A DNA stretch of 64,000 nt from an uncultured Actinomycetes bacterium (GTDB lineage Bacteria > Actinomycetota > Thermoleophilia > RBG-16-64-13): NCBI GenBank assembly GCA_963841735.1, contig CAWJDT010000001.1, positions 1,504,001-1,568,000 on the forward strand. The letters are read 5' to 3'. The notes below the pieces were generated by a model. It saw only the letters and a program-made list of their open reading frames with translations, was not told the DNA's origin and ran no database searches. Shown here piece after piece: positions 40,136 through 49,573 of the stretch. Both the position numbers and the translations under genes were made by a program. Each line of letters begins with the position of its first letter. Positions within the stretch are counted from its first letter, which is position 1.

Positions 40136-42354
40136 TAAGGCTGGGTCTGCGCCTCTCGCTTCGGGGGGCGCGAGAGGGCAACATCAGACTGCTGCTTACG
40201 GCACTGGGCGTCGCGCTGGCGGTAGCCCTTCTGCTGCTGACCATGAGCGGCTTCAACGCACTGAAAGCGCGAGACATGCGCGGTGGTTGGCAGTACACAA
40301 GCGAGAACAATCGCGCGCCCAGCGTGGACGAGAGCCAGTCAGACCCGCTGTTGTGGCGCATGTCGACCGATCAGTACGACGGCCGGCTGATAACCCGCGT
40401 GGAGGTAGCCGCGACCGGGCCCGCTTCGCCGCTACTGCCAGGACTAGACCACCTGCCGGCGCCGGACGAGTACTACGTGTCGCCGGCCCTTGCCGAGTTG
40501 CTAGATACAACGCCGCCCGAACTCCTGGGGGCGCGCTTTTCGGGCACGCGGGTGGGCACCTTGGGCGACGGGATGATGGACTCGCCGGATTCGCTCATAG
40601 TGGTACTGGGGCGCTCGGTGGCCCAGGTGGATAGCGGTTGGTACTACGAAACGGTGCGGAGCATAGAGACTTCTCCGGTGCAGCACGATTGGACCTTCAT
40701 TATGCGTATTGTGCTTGGCATCGGGGGGATCGGGCTGATGTTGCCGGTGCTTGTGTTCGTTACCACTTCCACGCGGCTCGCGGCCGCGCGGCGTGAGGAG
40801 CGGTTGGCGGCGCTCCGGCTGGTAGGGGCCACTCCCGGCCAGGTGAACGTGCTCGCCGCGGTGGAAGCTATGTTGGCGGCCGTGTCAGGCACAGTTCTGG
40901 GGTTTGCGCTGTTCTACGCCTTCCGTCCTCTGGTGGCGCTGGTGCCGTTCACGGGAGAGCGCTTCTTCACCAGCGACCTCGCGCTGGGTCCTTTGGCTAT
41001 CGTGGCGGTGGGAGTGGGAGTGCCGGCGGCAGCTGTGGTCGCCAGTCTGCTGACCCTGCGACGCGTACAGGTGTCGCCGCTGGGCGTGACCCGCAAGGCT
41101 CCGGCGCGCCGGCCGAGCGCTTTGCGGATGCTGGTGCTTGTCATAGGGTTCCTGCTGCTTCTTCTGCCCAACTGGTTCCAGGGCTCTGGCACGCGCTTCT
41201 ATCTGGTGGTAGGGGTGTTCGCGGGTATCGGGTTGGGCATCGCCGTGGCGGGACCTTGGCTGACCTACGTGGGCGGGAGACTCTTGGGGGCCCTTGCGCG
41301 CAAAGACTCCACCCTCATAGCCGCACGCAGGCTGTCAAGCGATCCGCGCCGGGCTTTCAGGGCTATCAGCGGACTGGTTCTGGCCGTGTTCGTGGGCACC
41401 GTGTTTGTGACCATCGTGGCCACCGCTCTTAGAGACTCGAGGGGAGTGCTCGAACCACGGGAGATACCCGCCGCGACCCTGGTCGTGCAGCCCGTGGAAG
41501 ACCAGGAAGGCACGCTGTTGTCGGGACAGGCCGCGGTTGATTTCGTGGCCGGGATAGAGAGTCTGGAAGGGGTAGAGGAGACCGTCCCGGTCTTCGTAAC
41601 GGATGCCGATGGCGGGGGTGCGCCTGTGCCCGGCGAGGAGACGGTGTTGCTTGTGTCCGAGTCGGACTGGACTCGGCTGGGCGGTGCGTCGCAGGATCTA
41701 AATGGCAGCGGGTATGTCGCTATCTCTATCGGCGAGCTCATGGGGGGCCGCCTGAGGACTTTGGGCGGCCCCATCCCGACGCAGCCCATGGGGGAGCAGG
41801 AGGCGATGACCGCGGGCATGATGGCGGAGCTGCTGGTCATCACCGACGGCGAACAAACAAGCGTAGAGAGAGCCAGGACGTTCGTAGAGACGCACTCCCC
41901 GTTCGGCATGGATCCCTACACCATGGGCGAGATGAGCGCCGAGCAGGGGGCCATTGTCAACCTCCTGGGGCGGCTGGTATACGTGGGAGTGATCATAAGT
42001 CTGTTGATCGCCGGGTGCAGCCTGGCGGTGTCGGTGGCGGGAGGTCTGGTGGAGCGCAAGCGGGCCTTCGCCCTGTTGCGGCTCGCGGGCATGCCGCTCC
42101 GCCGTCTGTACAGGTCGGTGCTGCTGGAGGCGGCGGTGCCTCTGGTGCTGGCCGCCGTGATCTCGTCCGGGGTCGGCTTCCTGGTGGCCGCGATGATCAT
42201 ATGGAACACGGGTACCGACCTGCCGGTGGCCCTGCCTGGACTCGGCTACGTGGTCGTGGTCGTGGGCGGACTGGCGGCCGCCCTAGGAGTAGTGGTCGCT
42301 ACGCTGCCCCTGGTGGGGCGGATGACCGCGCCCGGGGCCGTGCGCATGGAGTAG
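40132..42354 (+). CDS. FtsX-like ABC permease
   Basis: Two FtsX domains (RREERLAALRLVGAT, ERKRAFALLRLAG). Confidence 0.88.
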   Translation: MIRLGLRLSLRGAREGNIRLLLTALGVALAVALLLLTMSGFNALKARDMRGGWQYTSENNRAPSVDESQSDPLLWRMSTDQYDGRLITRVEVAATGPASPLLPGLDHLPAPDEYYVSPALAELLDTTPPELLGARFSGTRVGTLGDGMMDSPDSLIVVLGRSVAQVDSGWYYETVRSIETSPVQHDWTFIMRIVLGIGGIGLMLPVLVFVTTSTRLAAARREERLAALRLVGATPGQVNVLAAVEAMLAAVSGTVLGFALFYAFRPLVALVPFTGERFFTSDLALGPLAIVAVGVGVPAAAVVASLLTLRRVQVSPLGVTRKAPARRPSALRMLVLVIGFLLLLLPNWFQGSGTRFYLVVGVFAGIGLGIAVAGPWLTYVGGRLLGALARKDSTLIAARRLSSDPRRAFRAISGLVLAVFVGTVFVTIVATALRDSRGVLEPREIPAATLVVQPVEDQEGTLLSGQAAVDFVAGIESLEGVEETVPVFVTDADGGGAPVPGEETVLLVSESDWTRLGGASQDLNGSGYVAISIGELMGGRLRTLGGPIPTQPMGEQEAMTAGMMAELLVITDGEQTSVERARTFVETHSPFGMDPYTMGEMSAEQGAIVNLLGRLVYVGVIISLLIAGCSLAVSVAGGLVERKRAFALLRLAGMPLRRLYRSVLLEAAVPLVLAAVISSGVGFLVAAMIIWNTGTDLPVALPGLGYVVVVVGGLAAALGVVVATLPLVGRMTAPGAVRME

Positions 42355-42462
42355 GGAGGCTCGCTCCGGGCGAAAGGCCCGCGCCGCGGGCTCGCCTCGC
42401 GCTGCGCCGCGCGGCCCGGCCACCGCCGACGGTCAGCGGATCCTGCGGCTGCAGACCCCAGC

Positions 42463-42513
42463 GGCGCCCTCACCCCCCGAGCGCCACTCTGCGCCCTTCT
42501 CATGCGCCGCCTG
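42463..42513 (-). pseudogene. Tiny deletion remnant of the patB 3' end
   Basis: CCTCACCCCCC.AGCGCC (patB stop region ~43688) joined through GCGCC to CCACTC.GCGCCCTTCTCATGCGCCGCCTGG (cf. 33803 and 43978). Confidence 0.6.
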
Positions 42514-42539
42514 GAATACGCGGCCAAAACTGGTGAGCG

Positions 42540-43151
42540 CTAGACCGGTCCTCCGCACTTGGCGCAGAACTTCGCGCCCGGCACGAGCGGGCTACCACAC
42601 GCAGCGCAGAAGGCCTGGGTGGCTTTGCTCTGCGGCCCCGTCGGCCCGCTTCCCTTGCCCTTCTGGCCGAGCATGTACAACATAGTGCCCAAGCTACCCA
42701 GAGCAACCGCGGCCAAGACCGCTATCAGCGCTATCCACCCGCCCCCAAGCCCGTCACCACCGTCAGCGTCGGTCGCTGGGACTTCGGTGGTCGTCGTTGT
42801 CGTGGGCGCCGCCGTTGTAGTGGGCATCCCGGTGGTCGTGACCGCCCCCGTGGTCGTCGGAGCCAGCGTGGCGGCGGTCTGCGGCGCTGTGGTAACCGAA
42901 GCAGTGGCCGTCGTGGAAACACCGGCGGTGCTGGTTGTGAGAAATGGCGCGAAGATGCTTGGGTCGGTGAACCAGTCCGGGTCTATCGATAATCCTGGGT
43001 CGACGGGTACGGCCGTACCGATGTCGATCGACACCGACGACGGCGGCAACAGGCCCAGGCTAGTACCCGGCCTTAGCGTCATGACAAGGACCGCGAAGGC
43101 AAGGGTGCAGAGCAGAATAGTGACTATCCTACGGCTGTACTCGGTCTTCAA
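42540..43151 (-). CDS. Membrane protein with Thr-rich stalk and C-terminal zinc ribbon
   Basis: Signal/TM, Thr-rich region, TM, FCAACG..FCAKCG. Confidence 0.8.
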   Translation of the reverse strand: MKTEYSRRIVTILLCTLAFAVLVMTLRPGTSLGLLPPSSVSIDIGTAVPVDPGLSIDPDWFTDPSIFAPFLTTSTAGVSTTATASVTTAPQTAATLAPTTTGAVTTTGMPTTTAAPTTTTTTEVPATDADGGDGLGGGWIALIAVLAAVALGSLGTMLYMLGQKGKGSGPTGPQSKATQAFCAACGSPLVPGAKFCAKCGGPV

Positions 43152-43229
43152 AGTAGTACCCTTTCCTCGCTTCTGTCTAGTCTAGCGCTACGCTCGCAAC
43201 ATGTACATCATGCAAAGGCCCTATGGTGA

Positions 43230-43482
43230 TGGAGGGGTCGTGGGGTCCAGATGCCCGCCAAGCAGGGCTCCGCGGGTGTTTCCACCACCATCAGAAAGAG
43301 CCAGCTCTCCCAGGTAGGAACGCAGGTGATATCGGGCCATGAAGCTCTCGGCGGCGGCGATAATCAAAGGCAGCTCCACCGGCGACCGTTCTCCGGTCGA
43401 ATACGAGAAGATGCCAACTGAGAATTGTCCTCAAACCTTTGCGGTCTAACGCGAAACAGTCAACGGAAACGGGGCAACTCCA
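43230..43482. mobile_element. Scrambled IS3-family remnant
   Basis: Minus strand DITCVPTWESWLFLMVV and AAAESF (integrase core pieces); plus strand SPVEYEK and right end GTCAACGGAAACGGGGCAACTCCA. Confidence 0.65.
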
Positions 43483-43689
43483 AGACCAGGTGCACGAACA
43501 TCCTCACCCCATCGCGGATGGTTTCGGCCAACGCCCCGGGCATGGTGTCCAATTCCTGCCTGGTGGAGGTCGCGAGATGGGACGGCTAGACACAGGGCAT
43601 TGGAGTTGCCCTGCACGCTGCGATCTCTACAAAGAACTCACCGCCCTTGGGCCGCGGTCGGCGAGGGGGCACCATGGATGTCCCTCGCC

Positions 43690-45009
43690 TCACCCCCCAA
43701 GCGCCCCGCGCATCCTCTCCAGTGCCTCCCCGAGCAGCGCCCGGCTGCACCCAAAATTGAGCCGCACGTAGCCGGGGGCGCCAAAAGCGGCCCCGTCCGA
43801 GAGCCCCACCCCTGCCGCCTCGAAGAAGCCCACCGGGTCATCGAGCCGAGCCGCGCGGGTGTCGATCCAGGCCAGGTAGGTCGCCTCGACATGGGTCATG
43901 GTCAGGCCCGGCATGGTCGCGACGCTCCGCTCCACCAGGTCGCGGTTGTCTCGCAGATAGGCGAGCAAAGCCCGGAGCCACTCCGCCCCCTTCTCATACG
44001 CCGCCTGGGCGGCCGCATAGCCCATGATGTTCACGTGCGGCACGATGCCGTCCATGGCCCGGGAGAAGGCGGCCCGCAGCGTCGCATCGGCGATGACCGC
44101 GAACGAACAGCCTAGCCCCGGCGTGTTGAAGGTCTTGCTCGCGGCCATCAGCGTGACCGTGCGAGCGGCCATCTCAGGCCCCAAAGTGGCTATTGGGAGG
44201 TGGGTCTTGTCCTCGTCCAACACTAAGCCCGCGTGGATATCGTCCGAGCCTATCACCAGGTCGTGCCGCACCGCGACCTCGGCCAGCGCGGCCAACTCGC
44301 GGGCCGACCAGACCCTCCCCACCGGGTTGTGCGGCGAGCAGAGCAACAGCAGCTTTCGAGAAGGCTGCTGAACGCCGAAGCCCCGGCCGCCAGAACTCAC
44401 TGGGCGGCGCGATAGCACGTCCTCGGTCGCGCCAATAGCGCTGCTATTCGCGCTCCCTGCGTTCTTCTCTCCCGCGTACCCAGCGCGCTCTGGCGGCGAG
44501 GCGTCGCCGTTCAGCAGCCTGGGGCTCCGAGGACTGAGCGACCGCTCCAGAGCCTCCAGATCCATCTCCCAGCGGGAGGTGTTCAAGCGCAGCGGCACTC
44601 TGACCACGGCGCGGTCGGCATACTTGGGCGCGGACAAGAACGGGGGATAGATGGGAGTGAACGTCACCACCTGGTCGCCGCGGGTCCCGACCGCCCGGCA
44701 CAGCACGTTGAGGCCCGAGACGATCCCAGGGAGCCAGACTATCCACTCCGGAGCTACCTCCCAGCCGTAGTCGGCCAGCAGCGAGGCGCGAACGGCCTCC
44801 ACCAGCCCGCAGGGGGCATTGGCGTAGCCGAAGATTCCGTGGGCGACCCGCTCCTGCAGCGCGGCGATGACCGCGGGCGGCGAGCGGAAGTCCATGTCGG
44901 CCACCCAAAGGGGGATGACGTCCGTGCCGCGATACTTGTCCCACTTGTGGCTGGCGGTATCGCAGCGATCGATCACAGTGTCAAAACCGAAGTCGGATGT
45001 GTCGGGCAT
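43690..45009 (-). CDS. patB: MalY/PatB family PLP-dependent C-S lyase / aminotransferase carrying an in-frame 159-bp insertion
   Basis: KWD, PLWVADMDF, CSPHNPVG, SDDIH, SKTFN, TYLAWID, VRLNFG. Confidence 0.9.
   Translation of the reverse strand: MPDTSDFGFDTVIDRCDTASHKWDKYRGTDVIPLWVADMDFRSPPAVIAALQERVAHGIFGYANAPCGLVEAVRASLLADYGWEVAPEWIVWLPGIVSGLNVLCRAVGTRGDQVVTFTPIYPPFLSAPKYADRAVVRVPLRLNTSRWEMDLEALERSLSPRSPRLLNGDASPPERAGYAGEKNAGSANSSAIGATEDVLSRRPVSSGGRGFGVQQPSRKLLLLCSPHNPVGRVWSARELAALAEVAVRHDLVIGSDDIHAGLVLDEDKTHLPIATLGPEMAARTVTLMAASKTFNTPGLGCSFAVIADATLRAAFSRAMDGIVPHVNIMGYAAAQAAYEKGAEWLRALLAYLRDNRDLVERSVATMPGLTMTHVEATYLAWIDTRAARLDDPVGFFEAAGVGLSDGAAFGAPGYVRLNFGCSRALLGEALERMRGALGG
44362..44520. 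mobile_element. MITE-like foldback element M, copy 1 (in-frame in patB)
   Basis: Perfect 13-bp terminal inverted repeat AGGCTGCTGAACG, nested stems, central AATAGC/GCTATT hairpin; 159 bp = 53 codons. Confidence 0.85.
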
Positions 45010-45252
45010 GGTGGACCTCGCTCATCGTTGGCGGGCGGCGCCGACGGTTTCGTCGCGAACCCACGACACACGATACACGCCCCTGGGCCACGTCGCGCGC
45101 GCAGCGGTGCTCGCAGGCGCATAGTCTAGGCCAGTAGATGATGCCAACCGCCATCTTTGGTTTGATACCCGCCGGCTCCATTCCCGCTACGCTGGCTGCA
45201 CAAGCAGTGGCACGAGCAGTGGTGCGATGAGCAAGCCGCGTCGGCCTTGGTG

Positions 45253-45275
45253 TGTACGGTGATATGCCGTACAAT
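45253..45275 (+). promoter_or_regulatory. Operator / -10 box of the DUF1778-GNAT operon
   Basis: TGTACGG-N7-CCGTACA inverted repeat overlapping TACAAT. Confidence 0.7.
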
Positions 45276-45311
45276 CGGTAGCGGAACCTGGATGCATCAA
45301 GGGGGAACACC

Positions 45312-45632
45312 GTGGCTCATCCACTGGCTGGCGCTCGTGGCACCGCCTCCGAAAGCGGCTCGACGACGAGAGAGGCTCGTTTGGAGGTACGACTTACACA
45401 GGAACAGAAGTCGCTGGTCGTGCGGGCCGCTGCCGTGCGGGGAGCGACGGTGACCGACTTCGTGCGCCAGATCGTTCAGGACGCGGCAGCGCAGGTGGTT
45501 GCCGATCACGACCTGCTCCGTCTCTGCGCTGAGGACCAGGAGGCCTTCGCGGCCGCTCTTCTCACCCCCAGGGAGCCGACCGAAGGGTTCGAGACCGCAT
45601 ACGAGGACTACCGGAAGCGAGTGGGAGGCTAG
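45312..45632 (+). CDS. DUF1778 (TacA-like) RHH antitoxin
   Basis: RLEVRLT.EQK..RAA..G.TVTDFV..L..EDQEAFAAAL..P. Confidence 0.9.
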   Translation: MAHPLAGARGTASESGSTTREARLEVRLTQEQKSLVVRAAAVRGATVTDFVRQIVQDAAAQVVADHDLLRLCAEDQEAFAAALLTPREPTEGFETAYEDYRKRVGG

Positions 45633-45635
45633 CCG

Positions 45636-46160
45636 GTGGCCGAGCGGGGCCCTGGGTTTCGGATCGAGTCGCTCGGGCCCGAACACGACCGGTGCGAGTT
45701 CTCGTGCGGGGTCCCTGGTCTTGACGCCTATCTCCGTGAGCACGCCGGCCAGGATGCTAAACGCCACCTGGCGTCGACTTTCGTCTTGCTGGAGTCCGGC
45801 CCCGTAGTCCTCGGGTTCCACACGCTATCCCAGCAGATCATCAGCCTCGACGACCTCCCGCCCGAAACTGCGCGGAAGTTGCCGCGCTACCCAGTCTTGC
45901 CCGCCACTCTCATCGGCCGCCTCGCCGTAGACGGCCAACGCCGGGGGGAGGGTCTGGGGTCGCTCCTTGTCATGGATGCGCTTCATCGGAGTTGGTGGGC
46001 GGCGAAGACGGTGGCCTCGTATGCGGTGAGGGTGGACGCGACTGACGAGGACGCGCGGGGATTCTACCTGCGTCGCGATTTCGTTCCGCTTCCCAAAGAG
46101 CGGCTGAAGCTGTTCTTCCCGATGGCCGACCTCGACCGCCGCTTTGCCCGGGGGCAGTGA
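45636..46160 (+). CDS. GNAT acetyltransferase toxin (TacT/AtaT-like)
   Basis: HDRCEFSCG..LDAYL, LPRYPVLPATLIGRLAVD..RGEGLG, VDA..A.GFY. Confidence 0.9.
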   Translation: MAERGPGFRIESLGPEHDRCEFSCGVPGLDAYLREHAGQDAKRHLASTFVLLESGPVVLGFHTLSQQIISLDDLPPETARKLPRYPVLPATLIGRLAVDGQRRGEGLGSLLVMDALHRSWWAAKTVASYAVRVDATDEDARGFYLRRDFVPLPKERLKLFFPMADLDRRFARGQ

Positions 46161-46420
46161 CCCGACCCCTGTGGGAGTCCGCTCACCGCCGGGTAACCAC
46201 CCATCTCTCGCGAGAATATTCGCGCAAATTGCGCTCTTTTCGTAGAACGCGCGGTCTCCAGAGGCACATCCCGGTAGCTGTTGGACACCTACTCAAGTAG
46301 AAGCGGTGGGACGCCATGGGAAGCGTCAGCTATCCACGCCGCAGACGCGAAAGGGGGGGCCTATTGATCATTCACTCTTAGGGTAAGCAGGCGTGATTGC
46401 AGGTACTAAGCACGGAGTAG

Positions 46421-46855
46421 ATGAGGAAAGAGATGAAGAAGAGACTCTGCTATATTGCTCTGATTGCGGTGATGGGGGTTCTTCTGCTGAGCGGATTGGC
46501 TCTGGGATATACCCGTTCCATCAATCTCTATGCTAGCAACATAGGGGGGGGCGGCACGCTGTACGGCTATCACAACTACTACTCGTACAACACGACTCAG
46601 TGGCGCAACACCACCATGCAATACCGAGTCACGGGGAATACCAGGTCCTCAAACGACGTGTACATCAAGTTGTACAACCAGGGCACACTCGTCTGGACGC
46701 ACTCTCGTGGTGACGTGGTGGGCGGCGCGGCTCTGTTTACCACCGACGTCTCCCGAAGCACCTACAAGAACGCAACCAAGAGTTGGTGGAAGATAATCGC
46801 CGACGTGAATAACTACCCTGATCCGTCTGCTGAGGGCTGGATCGGCACCTTCTGA
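46421..46855 (+). CDS. Small secreted protein rich in Tyr/Asn/Thr
   Basis: Basic N-terminus and hydrophobic signal ending ALG; start could be 46433; stop overlaps the next ATG. Confidence 0.75.
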   Translation: MRKEMKKRLCYIALIAVMGVLLLSGLALGYTRSINLYASNIGGGGTLYGYHNYYSYNTTQWRNTTMQYRVTGNTRSSNDVYIKLYNQGTLVWTHSRGDVVGGAALFTTDVSRSTYKNATKSWWKIIADVNNYPDPSAEGWIGTF

Positions 46856-48003
46856 TGAAGTGCCAGAGAGCCCTTGCCCCTGCTCTTGTGGCCTTCGCGG
46901 CTCTTGTGGGAGTCGGGGCTCTCTGCGCCATTCTTCTTGGGGTCGGTGGGGGGGCCGCCGCTTCTTCCGAGGGCGACGTCTCGGCCCAGGCACCTCTGCG
47001 CCTAGTGCTGTCGGCGACGCAGGACGGATCGTTGATCTTCTCTTGGGACCCCGAAAAGGACAGTGTTGGGGGGGCGCACGTGTTGGCATATGCTCGCGAC
47101 GGGTCCCTTCTCTGGGACATGGCGGGCAGCGAGATCGGCATTGAGGCCGGTCTGCCGTCTGCCGTCGTCGTCCAGGCGGCACTCCCGCAAGAAAGCGGGG
47201 AGCCCGGCGCGCTGAGTGTCCTGCGGGTCGGCACCGGTGGCGTACAAGAGCTTGCTCGGTCTCAAGGCGAAGTGAGGCTCTTGCGCGCGGACTCGAGCGA
47301 GGCGGTGTACGTCGAAACGCTTTGGAACGAACTCGGGGTGCCACATTCGACCATCGTGACCATGGGCGAGAACGGGCGCCAGGACACGGATGTGCCGGGC
47401 GACGGGCAGACCGAAGGCATCGGTATCTCCGGCGACGGCCTTGTGCTTGCCGTTGTGACTAAGAACGACGAAGGCAACAAGCTCGCGTGGTTCAAGAGGG
47501 AGTCAGGCGGGCCATGGAGGCTGGTGAGCAACGCGCCTAGCCCTGCCTACTACGTGTCTCTGTCGGCAGACGGAAGCAAGGCGGTGCTTGGCCCGGAGGT
47601 TCCCGTGCTCGTGGAGCGTGGCCTGGGCGAGTCGGTGGAGCTTCCGGTGGACTATGTCGCCGAGGCCCGTTTTGGCACCTCGCGGCTTCTTCTTCTTGAT
47701 TTCCGGGTTGTGGCAAACACGATGCGCACCGTGGTGAATGCGGTTGGCCTAGGGTCCAACGCCGTGGAGTGGAGTCGCGAATTCACCGGGGAACAGCGCA
47801 TCGCCTGCGACAAGGAAATATCGCAACTGGCCTATGTGCAGGCGGGCGAGAGGGAGATAGTGGTGGTGGATCTGTCTGGGGAAGCAGAGCGCATCTATCC
47901 GGTGGAGCCGGCGGTCGACGTGGCCTTCTTAGACTCGAACACGTTGTTGGTTGTTCTGCAGGACGGATCGGTGACCACCTTGGAGATGGGAGACGGGCAA
48001 TGA
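46855..48003 (+). CDS. Secreted or membrane-anchored beta-propeller-like protein
   Basis: N-terminal hydrophobic segment; blade-like repeats ISGDG, LSADG, FLDSN. Confidence 0.6.
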   Translation: MKCQRALAPALVAFAALVGVGALCAILLGVGGGAAASSEGDVSAQAPLRLVLSATQDGSLIFSWDPEKDSVGGAHVLAYARDGSLLWDMAGSEIGIEAGLPSAVVVQAALPQESGEPGALSVLRVGTGGVQELARSQGEVRLLRADSSEAVYVETLWNELGVPHSTIVTMGENGRQDTDVPGDGQTEGIGISGDGLVLAVVTKNDEGNKLAWFKRESGGPWRLVSNAPSPAYYVSLSADGSKAVLGPEVPVLVERGLGESVELPVDYVAEARFGTSRLLLLDFRVVANTMRTVVNAVGLGSNAVEWSREFTGEQRIACDKEISQLAYVQAGEREIVVVDLSGEAERIYPVEPAVDVAFLDSNTLLVVLQDGSVTTLEMGDGQ

Positions 48004-48764
48004 CTCAGGCAGACCCATCGCTGTCACCTCCGCCGGTGATCGAACTGGATGCGATATCGCTGTCGCGGAGGGGTCGCAAGATACTCGACGAGGTGAGCCT
48101 CTGCGTCACGAAGCCCGGTAGGGTGTGTGGCATCCTGGGGGCAAATGGGGCGGGCAAGACCTCTCTTCTCAAGGTGATAACAGGACTTGTGCGGCCGGAT
48201 GGGGGGACGGTACGGATGCAGGGGGGAGTCGTTTCTCACGGCACCATGCCGGCTCAGGTGGGTGCGTTGATCGAGGAGCCCCGCTTCTACCCCTGGCTCT
48301 CTGGCAGGGACAATCTCTTCGTTGCCGCGGGCGGCAGGAGCGATCGGGTGGCGAAGGTGGACGGCATTCTCGCCGCCATCGGCCTGGATGGGCGCGCCGA
48401 CGACCGTGTGAGGGTGTTCTCACAAGGGATGCGGCAGCGGTTGGGGATCGGCAGGGCTCTTCTCGCCGACCCGCCAATCGTGTTTCTGGACGAGCCCGCC
48501 AATGGACTGGATCCGGAGGGGATAGCCTGGCTGCGCACTCTGCTTGCTTCTCTGCGAGAAAGGGGAACGACGGTCGTCGTTACGAGCCACGTGCTGTCGG
48601 AGGTCCAGCGCACTTGCGACATGGTGGTGGTCATGAGCGCAGGAAGAATCGTGGCTGGTGGAGCCATGGCGGATGCGCTTGCCGGGTTCGCTTCGCTTGA
48701 GGACCTGTATTTCAGTCTTGCCGGCCAGGCGACGGCGCAGGCCACGAAGCGGTGGGTTCTGTGA
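48000..48764 (+). CDS. ABC transporter ATP-binding protein (BcrA/lantibiotic-immunity type)
   Basis: GANGAGKTS, FSQGMRQRLG, LDEPANGLDP, TSH. Confidence 0.92.
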   Translation: MTQADPSLSPPPVIELDAISLSRRGRKILDEVSLCVTKPGRVCGILGANGAGKTSLLKVITGLVRPDGGTVRMQGGVVSHGTMPAQVGALIEEPRFYPWLSGRDNLFVAAGGRSDRVAKVDGILAAIGLDGRADDRVRVFSQGMRQRLGIGRALLADPPIVFLDEPANGLDPEGIAWLRTLLASLRERGTTVVVTSHVLSEVQRTCDMVVVMSAGRIVAGGAMADALAGFASLEDLYFSLAGQATAQATKRWVL

Positions 48765-49573
48765 ACACGGTGGCACCCTCGCGCCGCCGCCCTTTCTTCT
48801 TCGCCAGCCATGTTCCGGCACAGACGCTTCTGACTGGTGTCTACGCATTTGCGCTCGCCGGCGGCGCGGCGGCTTTCGTCTCGCTGCTGAGCGAGCGCAC
48901 CGATTACGGTGCGGGCTATGGGGTTTGGTTTGGAGGTCTGGTTGCTGTGGCTTTGGCTATTGCGGCGGCGCCGATCGCGGGGGCCCGAGTGGGGGGCTTG
49001 GACTGGGACCTTGGAACCATCAAAGACCTTCACTTGGGCGGGCAGAGGGTATTTGCTCTGCAGGCATACGCGCTCGGGCGCGCTGTTGCGGTGGGACTCC
49101 TCCTAGTTATCGCAGGTGTGCTATCGGCGTTGATGGTGTCAGCTCTGGCTACTGTTGGAGGGGCCTCGTGGCGCGGGAGCGCGGGAGTGGTATCGGCGGG
49201 GATGATCGCCCGTCTGCTACTCGCCGGCGCGGTCGGACTACCGTTCGTCGCTCTGATCGGCTGGGCCTTCGGGGCCGTCTTCCGCTCTGCGTTTAGGGGG
49301 GCGCTCGTGGTCGAAGGGACGCTGCTGGTCTACTTTCTGGTGATGCGATGGGTGCTTGATTTTGCCCCTCTCGAATATGTCTATCGCTTCTCGCCGTGGG
49401 GGGCTTTGATGGCCATGGTCGCGGGCGCGTACAAGCATCCCGTGGTTGTTCTGCAGCCGGCCATGGGTCTGGGGGAGTCGGTGTTGGTCATGCTGGCGTG
49501 GACCGCGGTGCTTCTCCTAGTGGTGTGGCTCTCTTCAGTGCGCCGCGATATTGGAGGAGGCGGTGCCTCGTGA
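48761..49573 (+). CDS. ABC-2 permease
   Basis: About six TM segments, DWDLGTIK motif, coupled to the ATPase gene. Confidence 0.75.
   Translation: MNTVAPSRRRPFFFASHVPAQTLLTGVYAFALAGGAAAFVSLLSERTDYGAGYGVWFGGLVAVALAIAAAPIAGARVGGLDWDLGTIKDLHLGGQRVFALQAYALGRAVAVGLLLVIAGVLSALMVSALATVGGASWRGSAGVVSAGMIARLLLAGAVGLPFVALIGWAFGAVFRSAFRGALVVEGTLLVYFLVMRWVLDFAPLEYVYRFSPWGALMAMVAGAYKHPVVVLQPAMGLGESVLVMLAWTAVLLLVVWLSSVRRDIGGGGAS

Noticed and set aside
44362-44520. Element M as a self-splicing intron or intein
   Set aside because: Too short, no group I/II or intein motifs, and it occurs in both orientations relative to host genes.
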